From UHGV virus genome UHGV-0331195: a DNA stretch of 11,597 bases. The stretch is one strand, 5' to 3'. The DNA comes from a virus. The position numbers and the translations under genes are program-made. Below, in pieces: positions 7,022 to 11,597 of the stretch. How positions within the stretch are numbered: the stretch's first letter is position 1; every line of letters starts with the position of its first letter. The notes under the pieces are model-generated. The model did not search any database. It saw nothing but the letters and a program-made list of their open reading frames with translations, and was not told the DNA's origin.

Positions 7022-7228
7022 ATGGCTGAAGAGAAAAAAGGCGGTGTTTCGGTGTACATAAGCCCCGACATCGTGAAGGCGCTCAAGGAACGCCACCAGC
7101 AGAACGTAAAAGCAGGCATTGCGGCAGGACTTGATCCGCTGGCGATGGTTGAGCCGTCAACAGGCTGGCAGGTACGCGCCTATTTACGCGCGGCGCTGGG
7201 TATGAATCAGGTTCACGGGGGTGAATAA
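7022..7228 (+). CDS. Small hypothetical protein, first gene of head operon
   Basis: 68 aa, RBS AAGAGGAA, stop overlaps the capsid gene start (TAATG). No similarity to lambda gpW, which has the same length, that I can see. Confidence 0.5.
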   Translation: MAEEKKGGVSVYISPDIVKALKERHQQNVKAGIAAGLDPLAMVEPSTGWQVRAYLRAALGMNQVHGGE

Positions 7229-8283
7229 TGACAGTAAAAGCAATAGCACTTAACACTAACCAGCTTTTTGCGTACCTGAATCGCGAGGATATTGCGGAAT
7301 TTAAATTCAGTCCGCTGTTTACCGCGCTGTTTTTCCCGAACGTGGCGACATTCAACACACAGGACATCATGTTAGATAACCTGGATATTGAAGAAGTCAC
7401 TATGTCGGCGTTTTGTTCGCCTATGGTGGGTAGCCAGGTTCAGCGCGATAAAGGGTACGAAACAAGCATTATTCGCCCTGGCTACACGAAGCCAAAACAC
7501 GAAATCGATCCATTAAAAACAATAATGCGCATGGCTGGAGAAGATCCAGCACAGCTTAACGACCCTACCTACCGCCGTATGCGCCTGATTACTGGCAACA
7601 TGCGCCGCCAGATAAACGCCATTAAAGCGCGCGTGGAATGGCTGGCGGTAAATGCGGTAACGACCGGAAAAAACATCATTGAGGGCGAAGGCATAGAGCG
7701 CTATGAAATCGACTGGAAGATACCGGAAAAAAACATCATAGAGCAGGCCGACGGTAAAAAATGGTCAGAGCAGGACAAAGACATACACGACCCAATCTAT
7801 GACATTGAGCTATACGCAGATCAGGCAGGTTGCCCCGCAAACGTCATGATTATGGGCGTTGATGTATGGCGCATGTTACGCAGCTTTAAAAAATTCCGTG
7901 AACTGTACGATCTCTCCCGTGGTTCAGAATCCGCCGCAGAGCTGGCATGTAAAAACCTGGGCGAAGTGGTGAGCTTTAAAGGCTATCTTGGTGATCTGGC
8001 CCTTATCGTCTATTCCGGCAAATACACTGACAGCGACGGCACAGAAAAATATTTCCTTGAGCCTGATTTGCTGGTCCTGGGCAACACCAACAATAAAGGG
8101 CTGGTGGCCTATGGTGCGATTATGGAACAGGAAGCGGTAAGAACGGGCGCAACGCAAAACATGTTTTACCCGAAAAACTGGATTGAGGACGGCGATCCGG
8201 CGATTGAGTACGTGCAGACGCACAGCGCACCGCAGCCGGTTCCGGCAGATATTCGCAAATTTGTTACCGTCAAAATTGGTTAA
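7228..8283 (+). CDS. Major capsid protein, phage lambda gpE family (divergent)
   Basis: 351 aa. Shares with recalled lambda gpE: FKF(S/D)PLF...LFF, (T/R)PGY(V/T)KPKHE, EDP..L.DP.YRR.R.I..NMR, WS..DK...DP..DIE.YA, RSFK, RGS.S, LG..VS(F/Y)KG..GD.A.(I/V)VYSG.Y, LVLGNT...GL..YG, .YPKNW...GDPA.E, SAP. Estimated 35-45% identity. Confidence 0.85.
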   Translation: MTVKAIALNTNQLFAYLNREDIAEFKFSPLFTALFFPNVATFNTQDIMLDNLDIEEVTMSAFCSPMVGSQVQRDKGYETSIIRPGYTKPKHEIDPLKTIMRMAGEDPAQLNDPTYRRMRLITGNMRRQINAIKARVEWLAVNAVTTGKNIIEGEGIERYEIDWKIPEKNIIEQADGKKWSEQDKDIHDPIYDIELYADQAGCPANVMIMGVDVWRMLRSFKKFRELYDLSRGSESAAELACKNLGEVVSFKGYLGDLALIVYSGKYTDSDGTEKYFLEPDLLVLGNTNNKGLVAYGAIMEQEAVRTGATQNMFYPKNWIEDGDPAIEYVQTHSAPQPVPADIRKFVTVKIG

Positions 8284-8295
8284 CGGGGGGATTCT

Positions 8296-8631
8296 ATGGA
8301 CACTCCATACATTGAGTTATTTGCAGGCAGTCAGCAGGTATCCACGACGCTGGTACATTTTGCCGCTGATGCTGGCGTTATTCAGGAATTTACCCCGCTG
8401 ATGCTGGCGGACAATGGCGAGTTTAAGCCGTGGGATGGTCAGGAATCTGGCAAGGCTGTTTATCTGACTTCGTACCCCGTGGACACGTCAAAGCAGAAAT
8501 CAGCACAGTGTTACAAGACGGGGATATTTAATATCGCCGCCGTAAACTGGCCTGAGAGCGCCGACACTGACGCGAAAAAATGCGCCGCCTTTGCGGGTTC
8601 TGGCGTATCCGTTCAGCCGCTGGCGCGATAA
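8296..8631 (+). CDS. Head decoration protein, lambda gpD family (divergent)
   Basis: 111 aa; TPLMLADNGEFKPWDG...YKTGIFN...VNWPESADTDAKKCAAFAG...SV parallels recalled gpD (TPLMLD...WDG...YKSGTF...VLWPEA..DETKKRTAFAG...SI). Gene order E then D is the reverse of lambda. Confidence 0.7.
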   Translation: MDTPYIELFAGSQQVSTTLVHFAADAGVIQEFTPLMLADNGEFKPWDGQESGKAVYLTSYPVDTSKQKSAQCYKTGIFNIAAVNWPESADTDAKKCAAFAGSGVSVQPLAR

Positions 8632-8643
8632 GCAGGGGAAACG

Positions 8644-9057
8644 ATGGCAACGAATGAAAGCATCATGGCGCTACCGCTGGCGAGTAAATTTAAAGCAGAA
8701 GCGCGGGCAATGGCTGACAGAGGTTTATCAACCTACGAGGCCGTATATCAACTCAACAAACTGGAAGAACAGGACAAGCCGCGCGCTGATGCGATTATGG
8801 CGCTTCATGAACATAACGACTATCAGCCGCTGTTACGTGCAATGGCAAACGTGCCATGTATTAGCGTCGATAATGCTCGTGAAATCCTGAACATGACCAT
8901 AGAGCAGGAGCGCCCAAAGGTTGCACCAGAGCTTACCGCAGCCTTTGAAAACTTTATGGACATGCACAGCCCGCAAGCCGTATCAGCTGGCATGGCGTAC
9001 GATGGCAGAAACCAGGGCGATGACGGCGACATCGATCGCATACTGAAAACCATCTGA
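8644..9057 (+). CDS. Hypothetical head-module protein, 137 aa, acidic C-terminus
   Basis: RBS GGGGA 5 nt upstream. No convincing similarity to lambda FI/FII/W from memory. Confidence 0.5.
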   Translation: MATNESIMALPLASKFKAEARAMADRGLSTYEAVYQLNKLEEQDKPRADAIMALHEHNDYQPLLRAMANVPCISVDNAREILNMTIEQERPKVAPELTAAFENFMDMHSPQAVSAGMAYDGRNQGDDGDIDRILKTI

Positions 9058-9063
9058 GACAAG

Positions 9064-9086
9064 GCCGGAGAAATCCGGCTTTTTTT
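9064..9086 (+). terminator. Rho-independent terminator GCCGGAGaaaTCCGGC then T7, immediately before cosQ
   Basis: Hairpin plus TTTTTTT; 22 of 23 nt identical to the terminator at 6788-6809. Confidence 0.65.
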
Positions 9087-9088
9087 AC

Positions 9089-9262
9089 GGGTCCTTTCCG
9101 GCATATGGACCCGTTACGGGGCGGCGACCTCGCGGTTTTTCGCTATTTATGAGCCTTTTCAGGGGGGTGGTGGTGGTTTTGTTGTTTGATCTATCTTTAT
9201 GAATGAAAAGGGAAAGATGCAAGCAATACACCAACCTGAAGCAGTAATTAAGTTGGTGTATT
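9089..9262 (+). other. cos site 1 (lambda-type): cosQ-like GGGTCCTTTCCGG (9089-9101), cosN 12-nt cohesive-end sequence GGGCGGCGACCT (9119-9130), divergent cosB region with hairpin AATACACCAAC/GTTGGTGTATT (9225-9262)
   Basis: CGTTACG|GGGCGGCGACCTCGCGG-TTTTCGCTATTTATGA matches my memory of the lambda right-end/left-end junction for about 35 nt, then diverges with no CGTTTCC-type R elements. Sits directly upstream of the Nu1-like gene, as in lambda. Confidence 0.75.
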
Positions 9263-9263
9263 A

Positions 9264-9806
9264 ATGAAATCTCATCTGATGAACAAAAAAAACATGGCGA
9301 AAAGCTGCCGTGTAAGTGCGACAGCGTTCGACAAGTGGGGAGTAACTCCCGTTGAGCGTAAAGGCCGTGAGGCGTTTTATGATGTTGCCAGCGTGATAGA
9401 AAATAGGGTTAACAATGCAATTAGCCAGCTTATAAACGACAAAGGCGAGATTGACGATGATGAACTTTTACGAGTCAGGATCAGATTACTGACAGCACAG
9501 GCAGAGGCGCAGGAACTTAAAAACGATCGCGATCGCGGTGACGTGATTGATACTGAGTTTTGCCTGTACGCGCTTTCAAAGCTGGCGAGTCAGATTTCAT
9601 CAATCATGGACAGCCTCCCGCTTACTATGCAAAGGAGCTTCCCACAGATTACCCCCGCCATGCTGGATAGGCTTAAAAGGGAAGTGGTTAAAGCCTGTAA
9701 TGCCAGTGCCAGAGTTGCCGACAACCTCCCACAGATACTGGCTGATTACTTGAAAGAAACAACCGGAAACGTACCGGAAAAGTTGCTACAGAAGAAAGGC
9801 GAGTAA
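9264..9806 (+). CDS. Terminase small subunit, lambda gpNu1 family; start uncertain (9264, 9279 or 9294)
   Basis: C-terminal two-thirds LLTAQAEAQELKNDRDRGDVIDTEFCLYALSKLASQISSIMDSLPLTMQRSFPQI...LDRLKREVVKACN closely parallels recalled Nu1 (LTRAQADAQELKNARDSAEVVETAFCTFVLSRIAGEIASILDGLPLSVQRRFPEL...FLKRDIIKAMN). N-terminal DNA-binding region is much more divergent. Confidence 0.8.
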   Translation: MKSHLMNKKNMAKSCRVSATAFDKWGVTPVERKGREAFYDVASVIENRVNNAISQLINDKGEIDDDELLRVRIRLLTAQAEAQELKNDRDRGDVIDTEFCLYALSKLASQISSIMDSLPLTMQRSFPQITPAMLDRLKREVVKACNASARVADNLPQILADYLKETTGNVPEKLLQKKGE

Positions 9807-9824
9807 CAGACGCGCAATTATTGA

Positions 9825-10030
9825 ACAAAACTGAGAAACGACATGAAAGCGTCATAAATCGCCATTTTAGATGATTACCGTGTCGTTTCTTTTTATTGTG
9901 TATCTATTTAAAAACAAATAGTTATGTTCGAGAAGTACCGACATGCTTTTTCCAGAAAAATTTTCATAAACAGATAAAAACCGCGAGGTCGCCGCCCCGT
10001 AACGGGCCATAATTCCAGGAAGGACCCGAC
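9825..10030 (-). other. cos site 2, inverted: cosQ-like (9998-10030), cosN GGGCGGCGACCT on minus strand (9986-9997), lambda-like cosB with R-type elements GAAACGACA (9835-9843) / TGTCGTTTC (9882-9890)
   Basis: The reverse complement of 9825-10030 aligns with the recalled lambda left end over about 170 nt (cosN, TTTATGAAAATTTT, CTTCT.G.ACATAACT..TGTTTTTA..TA, AAAAAGAAACGACA, TGTCGTTTC). 31 nt around cosN are identical to cos site 1 in inverted orientation. cosB abuts the terS stop tail-to-tail. Confidence 0.7.
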
Positions 10031-10061
10031 GACACCAGACTATCAGAACGATGGGGGCACA

Positions 10062-10343
10062 ATGACAGAAGCCGAAATACTGGGATTAATCCGCCGCGTT
10101 GCCGGAATCAGCCAGCAGGTTGACGAACAGGCCACGCAGCCGGACAGCGTGACCGCTGAAAATTATGCGCGTGTTGTTGCGGAGGTGATGCGCCGTGATG
10201 GTATAGAACTTAATGGCGTGGATATGCGCAACATACGAACCAGAGTTCTTGAGTTGCTGGCCTACCGTCGCCGCGTGGAGATGTATCGGGAGAAGGAGAA
10301 AATAACGTACCACTGGAAGAAGCCGGAGCGGTTGCGGCGGTAA
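10062..10343 (+). CDS. Hypothetical protein, 93 aa
   Basis: ORF with GGGGG 5 nt upstream of ATG; Arg-rich C-terminus. No family recognised. Confidence 0.45.
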   Translation: MTEAEILGLIRRVAGISQQVDEQATQPDSVTAENYARVVAEVMRRDGIELNGVDMRNIRTRVLELLAYRRRVEMYREKEKITYHWKKPERLRR

Positions 10344-10903
10344 CTGGTTGATATTCCCGACGGACCAAAAATGGGTGGCTACATCCCTCGCTTCTGAGGA
10401 CTGTTAACAAGCTGCCTGAAAGACAGTCACAAACTACGAAATTTTCGCAGTTTAATTAATGATCAGCTTAATCGCTAACCCGCTGATATTTTCGGAAACC
10501 TCAATTTGAGGAAGTCGGCGCGGTAACTCGCTGAACTTTAAGCAAAGCGCAAAATTGCGCTTGCTGAATAATCATTATGATTACGCAGATGATTAAGGAA
10601 TGACCGAAGGCGGAAATTCGCCTGTGGTTAATGGGGGAGTTGCAGATCTGCAACTCGACCATGAAACTACGGAAACTACCCGTAGTTTGGGTAGTAAGAG
10701 TAACACCCAGATTTTGGGGCTTACTCGTGATACCCAAATTTGGGGTATCGGTGGCAACCATAACGACTTTCGTTACGGTTGATGCTTTTACCCCATTGGT
10801 GGAGGCTGGGCGGCCTGCTGTGGGCTTTTCCACCATTGGTGGAAAGGTGCAGATCTGGATCATCATTACGGTGATCAAGGGTATGTAAAACCCACCAGCC
10901 TGA

Positions 10904-11146
10904 TTAACAGTTAACCGGAAAAAAAATCCGGCATGGGGGGGAGTGGTTAGCCACGAACAACGAATAAGCTGGACACCGCGCCCCCTCTCACGCAGAGAAA
11001 AAATTACCGTTTCGTAGTAGTTAACATGTTAACTGCCTGATGAAGCGTTGTTGTTGATTTTTTCTTTATGATTCATCTGGTTGCGTGCAAAAAATGTTAA
11101 CTACCTTTTTGGTAAAAATGTTAACAGGGCAGCGGTTAACATTAAC
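10904..11146. repeat. Cluster of GTTAAC-containing palindromes and direct repeats: TTAACAGTTAAC (10904-10915), AGTTAACATGTTAACT (11019-11034), AAAATGTTAAC x2 (11091-11102, 11114-11125), GGTTAA-CA-TTAACC (11133-11146)
   Basis: Seen in sequence. No ORF of convincing quality in this region. Candidate protein-binding array, function unknown. Confidence 0.4.
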
Positions 11147-11290
11147 CAGGCGTAAATCCCGATATGGTGATCCCCATATCGGGGAACATCCACCAGCTTA
11201 AAAACGAATGAGCGAAAAAAATCCAGGTAGAATTATGGAAGTCGCTAGGGCAATCGCCGTTTAAATTGTGTATTTTTTCAGCAAATTATT

Positions 11291-11313
11291 TTAGTTATAC
11301 GTTTGGTTATACG
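11291..11313. repeat. Integrase arm-type sites near attR: TTAGTTATACG (11291-11301) and TTGGTTATACG (11303-11313)
   Basis: Same 11-mer as at 262-284, about 60 bp from the attR core. Confidence 0.55.
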
Positions 11314-11374
11314 GTTTAAAAGTTGAATCGATAATATTGATTAAAATCATACTGTTACACGCTCAATTAAACTA

Positions 11375-11395
11375 CTCTCGTGGACCAAAAATCCC
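11375..11395 (+). other. attR core: degenerate direct repeat of the tRNA-Pro 3' end
   Basis: CTCTCGTGGACCAAAAATCCC versus tRNA 3' CTCTCGTGCCGACCAAATCGCCC (125-147); 8 + 7 contiguous identical bases. Confidence 0.5.
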
Positions 11396-11402
11396 AAGAA
11401 AA

Positions 11403-11428
11403 AACCAACCCTTACGGTTGGTTTTTTT
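11403..11428 (+). terminator. Rho-independent terminator AACCAACC-cttac-GGTTGGTT then T7; probably the original chromosomal tRNA terminator
   Basis: Hairpin plus T-run immediately right of attR. Confidence 0.55.
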
Positions 11429-11597
11429 ATATCTGCAATTAATTCGATAAACAGAGCGTGACACATCACAGCCTGTTTATTTTCTGTTATCAGAACGTCC
11501 AGACCACACCCGCCTGAGTATTCCACGGCGATTCTACCCCTGCGCCATTGCCATAGCTGACTGACAAATGACCGCTTAACGTCGGGGTAAACGATGA

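Larger units (their letters stand above)
125..11395 (+). mobile_element. Integrated phage satellite / PICI-like island at tRNA-Pro, about 11.3 kb, P4-type integrase, lambda-type cos packaging
   Basis: tRNA 3' end (CTCTCGTGCCGACCAAATCGCCC, 125-147) has an imperfect direct repeat at 11375-11395 (CTCTCGTGGACCAAAAATCCC). Integrase arm-type repeats lie inside both ends. Gene content is int, alpA, primase/helicase plus ori, head genes, terS and cos. Confidence 0.75.

Noticed and set aside
7924-8223. 99-aa minus-strand ORF inside the capsid gene (and 8823-9104 minus, 8591-8890 plus, 9547-9753 plus)
   Set aside because: Overlap or lie antisense to genes with clear lambda-family homology.
10355-10382. 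Second attR candidate (CCGACGGACCAAAAATGG) and a GTGGCTACA operator-like site
   Set aside because: Shorter and weaker match to the tRNA 3' end than 11375-11395 and not adjacent to the arm-type repeats; the operator-like 9-mer lacks a base relative to GTGGCTGACA.
10501-10888. Three mutually overlapping ORFs on both strands (10501-10878 minus, 10600-10782 plus, 10631-10888 plus)
   Set aside because: The region is palindrome-dense, which produces ORFs on both strands; none has a usable Shine-Dalgarno. The 85-aa plus frame has two hydrophobic stretches, so a small membrane protein cannot be fully excluded.
2329-11183. Shared 10-mer CCCGATATGG at 2329-2340 and 11158-11167
   Set aside because: Isolated 10-mer repeats are expected by chance in 11.6 kb on two strands; no supporting context.
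1-11597. CRISPR array, insertion sequence/transposase, or a large protein-coding defense system
   Set aside because: No regularly spaced repeat-spacer array, no transposase-like ORF, and no unassigned ORF longer than about 140 aa outside the annotated genes.

Overview
The window reads as one integrated phage-satellite-like island of about 11.3 kb inserted at the 3' end of a tRNA-Pro(GGG) gene (proL-like, 63-139), running to a degenerate copy of the tRNA 3' end near 11375-11395, with integrase arm-type repeats (TTAGTTATACG) at both ends. All calls rest on reading the sequence and on recalled family signatures and recalled phage lambda sequence; no database search was run. Left to right the island carries: a P4-family tyrosine integrase, a small HTH protein, an AlpA-family regulator, a divergent RHH regulator with three GTGGCTGACA operator repeats over a near-consensus promoter, an in-frame tandem Icd-like ORF, two small proteins, a P4-alpha-like primase/SF3 helicase followed by an iteron origin (TGTCTACC octamers), a PerC-like protein, tandem terminators, and a palindrome-rich late promoter region. 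The packaging module is the unusual part: divergent homologs of lambda major capsid protein gpE, decoration protein gpD and small terminase gpNu1, but no portal, protease, scaffold or large terminase. The Nu1-like gene is flanked by two lambda-type cos sites in inverted orientation, both with an exact lambda-type 12-nt cosN; the upstream one has a non-lambda cosB, the downstream one a lambda-like cosB. An ORF-poor, palindrome-dense region of about 900 bp lies before attR. My working hypothesis is a cos-type satellite of lambdoid phages that supplies its own capsid shell, decoration protein and terminase specificity subunit.
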